A stretch of DNA of 64,000 bases, taken from contig CDMY01000265.1 of NCBI GenBank assembly GCA_001179505.1, positions 62,001 to 126,000 on the forward strand, read 5' to 3'. A model generated the notes under the pieces. That model was not told where the DNA came from. It saw only the letters and a program-made list of their open reading frames with translations, and searched no databases. Both the position numbers and the translations under genes were made by a program. The DNA comes from Vitrella brassicaformis CCMP3155. Its lineage: Eukaryota; Protista; Chromerida. This document shows, piece by piece, positions 24,104 to 37,026 of this stretch (its first letter is position 1; every line of letters begins with the position of its first letter).

Positions 24104-26325
24104 TCAGCTCCTTGTCATCTTCCTTCCTGTTGCCAGCCTTCTCATGGCATCATCGTCCGATGCCTCCCCCCAAACGCCCACCGCCTTGTCGGTCATGCAC
24201 TCCCCTCCAGCCCCAGGATGGCCGTCCTATACTGTCACACTGTCAGTGGATCAATCGGGGCGACTATGTTATGCTGCGGATGTGCTTCGGCCTTCTCTTT
24301 CCCTTATGTTGCCCTCTGCTCTCGGCATCTCGGTGGACGGCACTGATCTGGGGATTGATGTGGAGCTGGTCAGCAAGGAGGAGCAGCAAGTGAGGAAGAC
24401 CTATGCGACTCGCGGCAAGCACGACGTGGCTGAGGCCCACTACAGCCATGTCTCATTCACCCTCCGCCATCGCCCAACCACGCGTGTGTGGCACCTCCAC
24501 TTCCGCCTCTTCCCTGATGGCCTCTCATTCCGCTACTCTTTGCCCGCAATCAACGCGACATACGAGCCCCGCCATGTGATTCAGGAGACTTCACAATTTT
24601 CCTTCCCCTTCACGGCCGACGATGCGGCGTGGTTTTTCGAACGCGACAAACTCAGCCATTATGAGTTGCTCTCGTACGCCGGCGTGTTTCGGACGGCTCC
24701 GGCCAGCTCTCTCTCGTCTCGCCCGAGGAGTAGAGGGCCTTTGTACGGCGCACCACTCATCTTCCATGATGTCTCGGCGGGTGCCGGCCCTTTCCCCTAT
24801 CGGCTGCTGACCGAAGCTGCCCTGTATGAGTACCCGGGGATGCGCTACATAGCCCTCCCCGACAACAACACATTTCGTGCCGATCTGGCCGACGAGACTG
24901 TCGCTCTTTCCCTCCCACTCCCCACCCCATGGCGCGTCATCCTCCTCGCCCGCACACTCGACGAGCTGATCAACAGTGACGTCATCACGTCGCTGAACCC
25001 CGCACCCGACCCTGACCTCTTCCCTTCTTACCTGTCCTACGCCAAGCCAGGCCGCTCCGTGTGGCGATGGTGGCGCTATGACACGGGCACGCCAGAGGAG
25101 GAGAAACAGTACATTGACGGTGCGGCTGGCCTGGGATTCGAATACACGACGATCGACGACGGCTGGGCGGACTGGCCCGACAAGTGGGCCACGATGAAGG
25201 CGGTCTGCGACTATGGACGCGAGAAGGGGGTCGGGGTCATGCTGTGGGAGGACTGTGCCAAGGTCGAGGATACAGCGGATGACTACGCCGACCTCAGACT
25301 GTTTCTCGACAATGTCAAGGCGACAGGAGCCGTCGGTGTCAAGTTCGACTTTTTCAACAAGTAAGGCAAATTGCACATAGTCGTGGCCTCCTCACCCAGA
25401 AACACCTTTTTTGTCTTGCAGTGAGACAGTCTCCCGAGTTCGCTTGCAAACGAAGATGCTTGTTGAGTCGGCCAAGAGAGACCTGTTTATCAACTTCCAT
25501 GGCATTCAAGTAGTGGAGCCACGAGACGACATTCCGAGCGATAAGCACTCCATGCCTCTGGCTTGTCTGTATCCATCAGAAACCGACTGGTGAGACACGG
25601 AGGTTCCCCAATGAGTTGACAAGAGAGGCGGTGTGGGGCATGGAGATCAACAAGATGTCAGATGACTATCCACCGATCGAGTCCTCCCACAACGCCGCAC
25701 TGCCATTCACGAGGTTTGTGTTGGGTGCGGCCGACTACACGCCACTCGCACTGGCCAAGGAGTGGCGAGGGCCGACCACTGTGGTGAGAGCGCCCATACC
25801 AACGAGACACGGACGACTGAGAGGAGACACGATGTGTGCTGCTGTCTTCAGGTACATCAGATTGCCTTGCTGGTGTTGTTCGACTCGCCCCTCACGACCA
25901 TTGCAGAAGATCCATCCTTCATTCTCGACCCCACGCAGCCGCACGCGGCCGCCCTGGACGTCATCAAGGCCATCCCCACCATATGGCAACATACACGAGT
26001 CCTGCCGCCGAGCAAGATAGGCGAGCTGGCCGTCATGGCACGCAAAGCCCACAGGGGAGACATGTGGTTCCTGGCGGCCATCAACGGCAAGAGCGAGACA
26101 CAGACAATTGATGAGATTCCGGTTCATTTCCTGGACAGTGAGAGGGCGTATGAGATGGTCATGATCTACACAACTGAGACAGAGGGAGGGGAGGGGGGGC
26201 AAGTGAAGAGGGAAGAGGGCAGGTGGGACCCCGGCCAGCAGAGAGCATTGAAGAATGTGCGGCTGCTGGGGGGTGATGGGCTTGTTGTCATGTGGAGGCC
26301 TCTTGGTGGTGACCAGCTCACATGA
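24084..26325 (+). CDS. Glycoside hydrolase family 97 (retaining type), signal peptide; paralogue 1
   Basis: Signal peptide followed by LFPDGLSFRY, LLTEAALYEYPGM, PTPWRVI, KPGRSVWRWW, YIDGAA..GFEYTTIDDGW, GVKFDFF (Asp at 25347), INFHG, REAVWGME (Glu at 25625), HNAALPFTRFVLGAADYTP, HQIALLVLFDSP and PTIWQHTRVL..IGELAVMARK..WFLAAING. Three introns. Confidence 0.93.
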
Positions 26326-27819
26326 GGTGTGCTTTAGTGGAGTGGCATGCATCGAGGCAGCGAGGATGCATGCCATGCAACCATAAGGCGAGGTCCGTCC
26401 GTACGTACGTACCCACTGTCGGTTGGTCAGGTCTCTAGAGCACATTGTACAACAGTATTTGCTCAATTTTCTGTACTGTCTGTCCCTCCGCCCACACATC
26501 ACATACTGCACTCTTCGCTCTACATACACGACGCCGCTGGCTGGCTGTTCTTCCTTCACACAGCTTGACGAATGGCGGTTTCAAGCTGCGGCGGCTGTCT
26601 TTTTTCTTACTGGATAATCAATTCCTAATAAGACGGGAGTTTTCTTACAGTGTCTGTGCATCTGTCCTGGTGCTATTTTGTAAGTATCCATCCAACTCGC
26701 TAGGAATGTCGGTCTTAATGCTCATGCTTCAAATGCCGCGACCGAGCCATTTTTTCCCGGGGAGGAAGAGCCATTTGGCTTCTTTTGCTGTGAGTACCGT
26801 CAGTTTTTTGATGAATGAAGAAGGACGAGAGAGGGACTGGGTGCATGCTGGTTGGGGTTTTAGAATGGTGGTGGCTAACAATGAGTTGGCAGGGGGTGGG
26901 AGTTCAGCGACCAACAATGGCGTGCTTGTGTAAGTGTGTCCCGGTGCATTTGTGGATTGGCGGTGGACTCGGGCGATGCATGGTGAGGGTGTCGGTGAGA
27001 GTTCAAACGCTTTTAGTCTCTCTGTGTATCAATGTGGGAGAATAGAGATGATCCATCAACCTCCATCAATCAGTCAGTCATTTTATGCACCATCCAGTCC
27101 ACGGATGCACATAAAACCACGAGACACGGATGGATGCGTGAAGGCAGGCCTCGAGAGGGCCGCACGCACGCAGTCCTCACGCACAAGCAAAGGCATGGAT
27201 ACACACACCTCGCAAGAGAGAGCTCAAAGGGCCGACAGATGCATGTCTGCTGCGCTGCTGGCTGTGTACGTATGGTGTGGTGTGAATAGTCGCTTCACAC
27301 TCATGTATGTACATTCCTGCCCTCCACTTAGCTGTTCAGTGACTGTCCTCTGATGGATGGACCTATCTCGTGTCTCATTACGTTGTGCTGATGGTGCTTT
27401 GGTGGTGTGTGCGCGTGTGGGGATCTGCCGATCCGGCGTCGCCCCGCAGCCTGCACAGACACCATCCACGCAGCGACTAACAGCTTCGTCGATGCAACTT
27501 CGCCGATTAGCTCGCGGGAAAACCGCTACCATCCTAAGTGTGTGTCAGGCGAGGGAGTCTGTGCTAGTGAGTGGGTGACAGGCTAGAGGGAATGGCCAGC
27601 TAGGGGTGGGCAGGCCGGCGGTGTTCTCAGCGGACGGTGCACATCACAACACAAACGACGCTACCTAGAGGCAATCCAGCCAGGCAGGCAGGAGAAAGGG
27701 CGAGGAAGATAAGGGAAAAGACGAAGAGCGAGCAGGCAGACACCGACACCCCATTCCCCTCCCTCCCTTTATCTCTTTCCGTCTTGAGTTCCCCTGTTGA
27801 GTTCCCCATTGTCTCCCCA

Positions 27820-28597
27820 TCAGATTCCGTTGTTGTATTTGGCGTTGGCGTGTTTGTTGTTGCACACCACGCTGGGGCCGCTGTTTTTGATTTTCTCCGC
27901 CTGCATCCACACGACACAGGAGAGTGATAGGTGGATGGATGGATAGATGCGTGCAGGAGGTGCACATATGAGTACCAGCACCGATGCCATCTTTTCAGCC
28001 ACCGGAGCCCTTGCCATGGGCAACTCGTGCTCACGCAACGTCACACGCTGCAGTCGGGAGGTCTTGTTGCGGCTCACGCTCGCCGACGCACTGGCTGCAG
28101 CAGCCGACGATGAAGCACTCTTAGAGGCGTCGTGAGGCAGACCAACCTGCATGCACAAAGAAAAGAGACGTCACATTTGTGTCCATTGGCTTGGGTATCG
28201 CTCGCTTCCGGATCCTCACCTTGCTGCCCGTGGTGTCGTTCTTTTTGTCCTGGTTCCCATTGCTGTCGTCCGGGGCCACCTGCCCACCACTGGCGGTCCA
28301 CATGCGACGCACACTCGTCTCGTCCCGGACGGACCAGCCCACATGTGCATCGCTGCCGCTTGCACTGCTAGGCTCCTGCTGTGGGGCTGCTGCAGCACCC
28401 TGCTCTTGGTCCATGGCGCGGTTCCCCTGACCTCGAGCGGGACGTCGCCGGCATGTGGGCTCTTTCTTGGTCTTGACGTACTCCTCTGTCATGGGCTGCG
28501 GCAGGGGCATCATATCGGGATTTTGAGCCCCCATCACGTAGGCGAACCGCATGAGGAAGAAAAATGCCTGGGGCCAGGCGTGGAAACTCTGCGGCAT
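27820..28597 (-). CDS. Hypothetical low-complexity protein, tentative
   Basis: Three exons joinable by GT-AG (MPQSFHAWPQAFFFLMRFAY..., VGLPHDASKSASSS..., AEKIKNSG...GI*). No domain recognised. Confidence 0.35.
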
Positions 28598-28834
28598 GAT
28601 GACGGGAGGATAGTTGTCCTTGGTGACGGCGACAGAGACGAGATGAGACGATGTCGCAACGATGCGACTGTAACAGTTGAAAAGAGCGCTTGCAGTGCAA
28701 ACTCGAAGCCGAATAAAGCTCTTGCGGACCTCTTCAGCGTTTTTCAGCGAGCTCAAAATGGGGGCCCTGGCCCCACTTCCGATCTCGGCATTCAACCCCT
28801 TCCCCGTCTTTATCTCCCCTGGGAATAGACCATC

Positions 28835-31800
28835 ATGAAGCCATTCATGTTCTGCATCGCCACTTTCTCCCTCGACCTGAGGCTTGTGTTGGGTCAGGCG
28901 GGGGATATCCCTGGCGCGAGGGAGCGCCTCGTCGGCCTCGAACCCCGTGTCCCATCCTTCTTCCCACCCCGAGCTCCCTCACTCATCGACAGGACAGAAG
29001 GGGAAGATGCGGCAGCCAGTGTTCCCTGGGGAAGCGGTCTGTTGCAAACCACGGAGGAGGAGGTCCAGAAAATGGGCCAGTGGCCTTCAGTGGGAGCCAT
29101 CCGTGTCAGCGAAACGGGAGGTATGTATGTATGCAACCACAAACAACCACAAACACACATTGATGTTTTGGTTGTGACGTCTTTGTGTTTGTGTGTGCGC
29201 ATTCGCTCGCCATCAGCGGACTGGCGTGAGGCCATGAGGCCCCCCCCCTGGGCTTTTGATTCTTTCTTGAATGCAGCGCAATCAGGAGGGGAGGGGGAGA
29301 GGGAGGGCGTCGAGGTTGACCAGGACTTCGAGGGCCAGCTGCGCCGGGCCATCGTGCTGGGCACGCCCCTCAAGCTCGAGTATCTCATGCAGCTGGAGGA
29401 CTTCCAAGGATATGACCCAGCTGTCCTTCCAAAAGTAGAGGAATATCTGCAGCTCGGTCAGTCGGTGGGGCCGTGCATGCATGCATGCGACACAAGGCAG
29501 GACGGCTCTGTGTGTTTTGTGTCTGTCCGATTCCTCAGTGGTGGCTAAATCACGTGCGGCGATTCGTGACGGGAGTTACCCTCCCGACAAGGTGTGGTCC
29601 TTCCTGGACTATGTGACAGTCCGTGCGGCTGAGAAAGCCCGGAACCTCCCGCCTTACTTTTTGAAGTCGGGAAGCATTGAGGAACAACTCAAGTTCGACA
29701 GCGACATGATCATCAAGGTATGACACACACTCTCACACTCTGTCTGTTCCAAGGGCGTGTTCGGATTCCCTCTTTATTTTGTGCCTACGCAGGACGGATT
29801 GGCTAAAGTGAAGAGCGTCCCATCCTCCTTCCCTGGAGCCAGCGTGGAGATGAAGGATCTTCTGGAAGTTGATCTTCTCGGGCTAGGTCCCAAAGGCTGG
29901 CTGCTCTATGCGCCGTCAGCTGTCTCCTTCGTGCCTGGCGAGAAGAGGACAGAAGACGACCTCACCAAACTCGTCAAGGTCATGCGCAGAGGACAATATA
30001 CCAATAGAGAGCGGTGTGTGCATCTACGCATTTATCCCCTCTCTTTGTACATTTCAGGGGTCTCTCAAGACCAGGCAGCCCATCAAGAAGGAGGACCTGA
30101 AAGTGATCTATCCGGCGGTCGTCGACACCAAGTTGGAGCCCCTGCAGATGTTCATCAACAACCAGGTGGGGGCCAAGTACGACGACGCCAAGACTGAATG
30201 GATGACCAAGATCACCAGTGAATACAAAGGCTATGGCGATGCGTTTGATGAGTTCGTCGCAAGAACGGCGGCCAAAGGTACACATAGGCGGATTGAGCAT
30301 GGGAGGACACCATTGTTGACCGTTTCTTTTGGGTCTGTCAGAGTCGGAACTGTATCTCAAGTATAGCGAGGAGCTCAAAGACCGACTCCTCAGCAGCGAC
30401 CTGACAACGTACTTCGACAGCATCTCAAAGTCGCTGTTTGAAGACGCCAAGGCCCGCATCCCCACATGTGACCGATATAAGGACGGCTCCTTCGACAAGA
30501 CCCTGTGCGAGCTCTTCTACCAGCAGACCTTCCCAAAACACAACAGCAGACGGCGCCTGCTGTATGACCCCAACAACCCCAGCCCCTCGACGGCTCCGGG
30601 GTTCATGTCCATCACCCAGCTGCAGGCAGAGCCCACAGCTGCGGCGATAAAGGCGAAGCCCATTCTGTTCGACGACCTGAAGCCTCTTGCGGACATGTAC
30701 CAGAGGGATCCCGTGCCCAAGAAGATTGAGTACACTGACGCAGAGCTGCAGACATTCCTCCGGACAGAGGTGGTGCCCTTCATGGCGGCCATGCAGAGGC
30801 TCGCCGACACCTACAACAGCATTCTGGCTGGCGGAGAGCACGTGTGTCTCCTGGCGGAGTGCAAAGACGAGAAATACCTGTTTGAGAAGCTCATGAGCGC
30901 CAAGGCCGTCGAGGGGTTCTACCTCTTGCAGCCAGCTGCTGCATACGAAAAGAGTAGGCAGGCGCTCAGACATAAATGAGAAAGACATGCGCCTTCTCAT
31001 GTCTCTTTGTTATGTCTCTTTCATCTTGTGTCTTGTGTCTGTAGAGGTGACCCCCGAACTGGTTCTGTACCAGGATCGCTTGGCTCGGCAGCTCTACACT
31101 GAGGCCAAGGCCTACGCGGAAGACTTCCCCAAGAGGCCCTATTTGCCCAAGCGACCCCCACAGGTCCCCGACCTCAACGCACTCACGGCCCTCAAGCAAT
31201 TGGATGACCTTGCCAAATATCTCCTCGTGAGCGGCTCGACAATGCCTGTGAAACCTGGTGTGCGCACGAAGGACATTCTCTGGCGTCTCTGTAATGATGT
31301 GCAGGATAAGCTGGTCAGCAAGGTCGATGTCGTCGCATCTGAGCTGCAGGCCTTCTTCAAGACGGCCCTTCCCAAAACCCTGCAAATCCTGCCGAGCTTC
31401 TACAAGGAGGTCAGGGCTGCATTCGAGCCGGTGCACGAGAAGCTCAAGGGCACCGACTACGGCAAGGCATTCGACAACTTCGTCGCATACGAGGCTGCCA
31501 AAAGTAAGGCGGACGTCGAGACACCAACACAGAAGAGGCAGAAGCAAGTGAAGTCTGCTGGTTGTCATTCAGTGACCCGCGAGTTCCGTCGCTACTTCGA
31601 CACGGCAACTCTTGTCGACGAGGCGGTCCGCAGCAAGTATCTTAAGGAGGTGGCGGCTTCTATCGTCAAAGACGGCGAGCACCGGCTGCCGTCCATCGAT
31701 CGCTACGACAAGGACTTCGACAAGAAGCTCTACACTCTGTTCCAGGAGGCCTTCAAGACAGGCTCCGTCATCACGGCATCGGTGTCCGTGCCGGCAGACT

Positions 31801-34800
31801 GTCCCCTCGACGATCCACTCTGCACGAGTGTATCCCAATTGCCCACAGTCAGTTTCCAAGACGTCAAGCCGGCCTGGGCGACCACAGCCCCAGACGACTG
31901 GACCCACTTCCTGGACAAATTTGCTGTTCCCTTTTTTGAGACCCTGCGGCTAAGCGGAGACAAGTATTACAAGGACGCGAGTGAGGAGAAGAAGAAGGTG
32001 TTCAGGGACTACCTTCCGACACTGGCGGTAAGGTAAGATTGGTGGCAGCGCTGCCTGCCCCTGCATCATCCATCCCCTGATCTCACCTGGTCTTTCCCAT
32101 CAGGTCGATGGCTACTACCTGCTGATCAACGTCGCGCGGCAGCACACTTCGCCTGATCTCGGGGAAACACCCATCCGCCGGCGCCTGATGCTTCAAGCCA
32201 CCCCCGAGCACCTGAGTGCAATGCAGGTGAGAGAGAAACAGGTGCACCTAAGTGGGTGAGTGTCGTGTGTTCTGCAGAAAACCACTGCGGAGGGGGCGGA
32301 CCTGTATATTACTCAAGTACAGCCCCCCGAAGTGGTCACCCCCCCAGCCGCCCTGCTCACGGAATCCGAGCAACTCATTGTCAAGATGAGCAAGGAGGCT
32401 GTCGAGGCGGCCAAGCAGTACGGTGACGCTTTCGTCAAGCTGCCCCTGCTGCCGCCCCTGCTGCCCTGGGGCTACCTGCAGCCCGCCATCCCCAAGGCCC
32501 CAGCGGCCTTGCCATTCGTTCCCTCATACAAGCCATATGGCGCGGCATCTTTGGTCACAGAGGGGGAGTCGATGGTGGTATTCCCCACTCTACGGCAGAT
32601 GACGCCGCCCAGCGTTGGGGTGCCGGTGTATGGCGGGTCGAGTGAGGCGGTCAACATGGTGTTTGTCAGGGAGTATCGGGCCATCCTCTATACGAGGGAG
32701 AGGGAGGTCGACCTCACCGACGCGTGGCTACGGAAATTTGATGAGTTTAAGACACTAACCAGAGAGGTGACAGTCTACGCCAACTCCTTCCTCAAGGCTG
32801 TCGCCGTCAAGGTACTTAGGCAGACGATATCAGATCTCTGTGGCGCTTTCGATACTCTCGATTGATGCCATTCCTCTTATATCGTCAGGTGTACGCCAAG
32901 AGGCCTTCCTTCGACGGTGAGCAGTACAGCGCGTACGTCGATCTGGTCGCGATGTATGCTTACGGAGACCTCAGAAAGGTAGGTGCAGAGAGACAGAGAC
33001 ATGTACCAGATTCGCCCACTCACCCCGGCGATGTGATGTGCACTTATGGTATGTGAGCAGCTGATCGGCCACACGAGGGAGTACAGTGACCTGGGCAGCG
33101 ACGAGGCAAGGAGGGGCATCGAGGACTACATTGACAACATCCTCTACCGCACAAGTACAAACTGCAGCACACAGGTTGCACATCGCCCATGCTTTCGTTC
33201 ATGTGTGTCTGTGTCTGCGTGATTTTCTCAGCCGAGGAGCCCCACACTAACGTCATGTGGATCCGCCCCGAGCTGCTGGGCGTCAGTCTATATCAGCTAG
33301 AGGAGTTCAAGAACCCGCAGTACACCGACTTTGAGAAGCTGGTGAAAGACACCATCATCAAGGAGGACATCAAGTCTGAAGACGCGGACAAGGTGATCAG
33401 GGCGATGCCCGGGCCCATCGTGATGCCAGGTGACAGTGAGATGGGGCCCGACGTCTTCAGAGACAGAGCCACGGCATTCTTCGACGCCATTGCCAAGGAG
33501 CGCAGCAGGCTTGGGGCTGACCCAAAACGGCGGAGACTGCAGGCTGGAAGGGACCCACTCGCTGTCGTGGTGAGCTGGATGGCGATCATTCACAGAGAGC
33601 GATCAATACCGGCTCATTGGCCCGCCCGTGTGTGTGTGTTCTGTGTGCTCAGGACCACTATCTGGTGCGTCGAACGGAACGGGCGCTTCAGGCCCTGGCA
33701 GTCCCTATGCCTGCTTTTGTTCCGGGTGGCATCCCGGCTTCGCCACCTCTTTCATCCCCCGAAGCGGGAGCCGCGGCCGCTCTCAAACTCCTCCAAGAGG
33801 CCGATATCTTCTCCACGCAGCAAGGGCAGCCCCAACCCGACATGCTGATCCCCGGCCTCGATGAGGGCCCTCCTCCGATGTTCGCACCACCTCAGGCCAG
33901 TCCCTTGCCGGGGCTGTTGGGTCCGCAGCAGACCGGCGTCCCTGCTCCCCCGCCCCCACCCACCCCACCTGTCGGCCCAGGTCCACCCCCAGATCCCCTT
34001 TCAGCCATGTCCCCCGCTGGTGCGACCCCCATGGCCGTGCCGCCCGCCCCAGGGGGACTGGTGATGGGGCCTCCGACCGACGCGCTGACACCGATCGAGA
34101 CAGCCTTCATCGTGCAATTCTACCTGCAGCCATCATCAGGCGCGCCCCAGCCGCCGTTGGGGTGGGCCGGACCGGTTCCAAGCAAACTGGATGATTTCAA
34201 CTGGTCGGGCAGGAAGCAGGAGCTGGGGCAGATGGTCGACGCATTCGTGGCCACGGTTGCCACAAAGAAGGCCGAGGTAGGCATGGCGTGGCATGGCATT
34301 CGCGAGACATCCATCCATAGCGCGAGACGTGTGTCTGCCTGTCTCTCAATCGCTGCACAAATGTCTGCCCGTCTGTCTGTCTGCCCTGCAGTATGCTGCC
34401 CAGTATGCGGACGACCCCATGAGAGTGCAGACCTTCAACGACTGGCTTTACAGCCGCACACTCATCGAGGCCGGCCGCGTGGCAAGCTTCGTGCAAGGCG
34501 AGTCCGAGGGCTACATCGGCACCATAGCCGTGCAGAGATTCATCAAAGAACGGGTCAGTCGCCCGACTGGCCGGCCCGGCAATGCCTAGACAGAGACACG
34601 TCTCACCATGTCTCGTGTGGCTGGTGGGCGATGGTGTGCAGGCGGACAAAGTGTACAACGAGGGTGTGCAGTTCATGGAGAGCTGGAGCACCCCCCTGTT
34701 CTCCACCAGCAGGCTCTTCTACAGCCAGCCCGATTGGCAGCAGGTCGACAACGGCCCCCCAGCACTCGGCCTGGAGGTCATCGCACAGTCGGCCGCAGAG

Positions 34801-34836
34801 CTGGGCGGAACCATCCAGGGGCTGTTGCCTGTATGA
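28835..34836 (+). CDS. Large, probably secreted, helical protein of unknown function with internal repeats and RRRL motifs
   Basis: More than 12 exons join in frame via GT-AG with strong C/G third-position bias. Possible signal peptide MKPFMFCIATFSLDLRLVLG-QA. Internal repeat YG(D/K)AFD(E/N)FVA...R(I/L)PxxDRY...FDKxL. Pro-rich segment near 33850-34070. Confidence 0.75.
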
Positions 34837-35013
34837 TGACATCCGATGATAGTCGTTAGGCAGCAATGTCTTTGCTCTTGTATGGCTCTGTGGGCCGCAC
34901 CACGGTGTAAGCATTAAGCCGTCTTTGTTCGTTCGTCTTTCGGCTCTGTGGACGTGTGACACGAAGGGACGTTGCTTAAGCCACTTGCGCGTTCGTGTGT
35001 GTGTGTGTGCGTT

Positions 35014-37026
35014 TCACTTTGCTGACGGGTGCATATGTGCATATGTATGTGGCAACATTTTCGGTAACATGTTCAAGTCAGTTCGGGGCAACAAAGTCTC
35101 TGCCTCCCCCTCCCTCCCTCCCGCCACCGCTTTTGCAAGAGGGAGTAGGTACTTGTTGGTGAAGAAGGTGTTGACGTACGAAATGAGCCATCGTCTGCCC
35201 ACCTACAAGTACACCACCACCACGCCCACACCCACTTGCCCACCTGCGGCCAACCCACACGCACGCATCACGCCAACCTGCCTACACCCATAGAAAATAC
35301 CAATACGAGTGAGTATGCACATATACGGCCGAGACTGGATGACCTAATCAGTCAGCACGACAACCACACACACACATACATACCTACGTGTATACATACC
35401 TACATAGCTACAGAGGAGTGAGTGAGTGAGTGGGTCGTGTACGAATGCGAATACACGGGCGGCACATGCTCAGAATGACGCCATGCATGGCTGTCTGTCT
35501 GTCTGTCCATAGAGACGGGACGGAAAAACAAAGTCAGTCACTCAGCCCTCCATCCAGATCGATCATGTGTTGATCTTGGGCGGGGCGTAGGTGCCGTCGA
35601 TCGCCTTCATGTACAGCTCCAGACGGGGGGAGAGAACCCTACCGAAGCCGTCTTCGGCTACCTGCGAACAATCAAACAGTGATCGGGTGAATTGTTCAGA
35701 CATCAGCCGCAAAGCAGCAGAGTTGTGCATACGCCTCTGGCCATCTCCAGGTATGTCGTGTCGCTCCCCGGGGGGACTGTGGCCATCGTCAGCACCACGG
35801 CAAACACCAACACGGCCTCCTCGGCTGCATACCGACACAGACAGGTCGTGTGTGTCATGAATGGTCTGTCTGTCTGTCTGTCTGTGTCTATGTGGGTACT
35901 TCCGAACACAATGTAGCGCTGTCCATCGCCATGTGCGATCTGCTGCAGCACCGTCTCGACAGCAGGTGTAAGTTGTGCGAGTGGGGCGTCGGGAGGGCTG
36001 GGCAGCAGCACCATGTCGCCCACAACCTGTGGGACACCACACCCCAGACAAGCATAGAAGTAAGCGCCTTCCTGCTCGCCTCGCACGCCCTACATACGTG
36101 TATGTTGCTGCTGCTGAGATTGATGTATGTGTAGGGCTTGACGGCTTTGTCTGGAGGGAAGACCGAGTCCACCTGACTCCACACACACGCACACCCACTT
36201 CCACACACACATGCATGCATTCGATGGTCGCTTGCTTCGGGTCTGACCACATTCAAGTACGGTGTGGAGATACAGAAGCACCAGCGGCCACCTTTGAGTT
36301 CGACAATGTGCATAGGGGTCCGCTGGGCAGACAACCTGCATGCCATGCAATTCATGTGCAATAGATCAATGAGGCAGAAACACAGACAGACACGAGGCGC
36401 GCCCACTCACAAGTAGGTGTCCTGATACTGAGCGTGGCTCTTCTGCACAGCACAAACAGACAGAGGGGGAGGGACACACGACACCCAACCATTGCACACT
36501 CACCCACTCACCCACCGCCCTACCTGACGAATCTGTGCTGTGATGACGTCCTGCTGCTCCTCCTGCACACACACGCACGCCACCATCATCAGCACACCAG
36601 ACCATGCAGCCCATTCGTGTCATCGCTTCTGTGCAGGCCGACCGGTGACAGGCCAGTGGGGATCGCCTGAGGCGACGTCGACTCGGGCTGCACAGACACA
36701 GAAACAAAGCGGCAAGGGAATCGCCTGTCCCATGCCCTCCCATGCGGCTCGTGATCTTACTTCGGTCACCGGCTGTGCGGCCTGAGAGCAGCTCACACGT
36801 GCACCACGCACCACACAAACCACACACACCCACGTCAGCACACCCCGGCAGACAGACAGACAGACAGACAGACAGCCCGGCAACGTACAACAAGAAGGGA
36901 CGGGAGGACGACTGGCTGACAGCCCGGCAACGTACAACAAGAAGGGACGGGAGGACGACTGGCTGCGAGGCATCTGTGTACCTGGCTGGTGTCAGCAGCA
37001 GCGGCAGCAGCCTGCCTATTCCCCAT
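35014..37026 (-). CDS. Hypothetical multi-exon protein, possibly N-myristoylated (MGNRQAA)
   Basis: Many short exons with clean donors (EEQQDVITAQIRQ, KSHAQYQDTYL, VDSVFPPDKAVKPYTYINL, RWLISYVNTFFTNKYLLPLAKA). Family not recognised; both ends uncertain. Confidence 0.5.
36871..36965. repeat. Exact 47-bp tandem duplication in an intron
   Basis: acagcccggcaacgtacaacaagaagggacgggaggacgactggctg occurs at 36872-36918 and again at 36919-36965. Confidence 0.95.

Noticed and set aside
24084-26325. Bacterial contamination as the source of the GH97 genes
   Set aside because: Both carry GT-AG introns of host style, share one intron position, and are flanked by eukaryote-specific genes.
26343-26375. 11-bp inverted repeat just after the GH97-1 stop, resembling a terminator
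   Set aside because: It is made of self-complementary GCAT repeats that are common in this window, has no U-tract, and sits in a eukaryotic context.
26445-26933. 162-aa ORF and AT-shifted spacer between convergent genes, considered as a degenerate mobile element
   Set aside because: It has no ATG-led coherent frame, no transposase or RT motifs, and no terminal repeats or target-site duplication.
30548-33539. Plasmodium PEXEL (RxLxE/Q/D) at the RRRL sites
   Set aside because: The fifth positions are Y, L and A, and the sites are far from the signal peptide. Only the looser RRL motif fits.
22219-36222. TGCATGCA (ApiAP2-type) motifs near 22220, 29476 and 36212
   Set aside because: There are few copies, they lie in introns or 3' regions within (TGCA)n/(GCAT)n runs, and they are not enriched in the divergent spacers.
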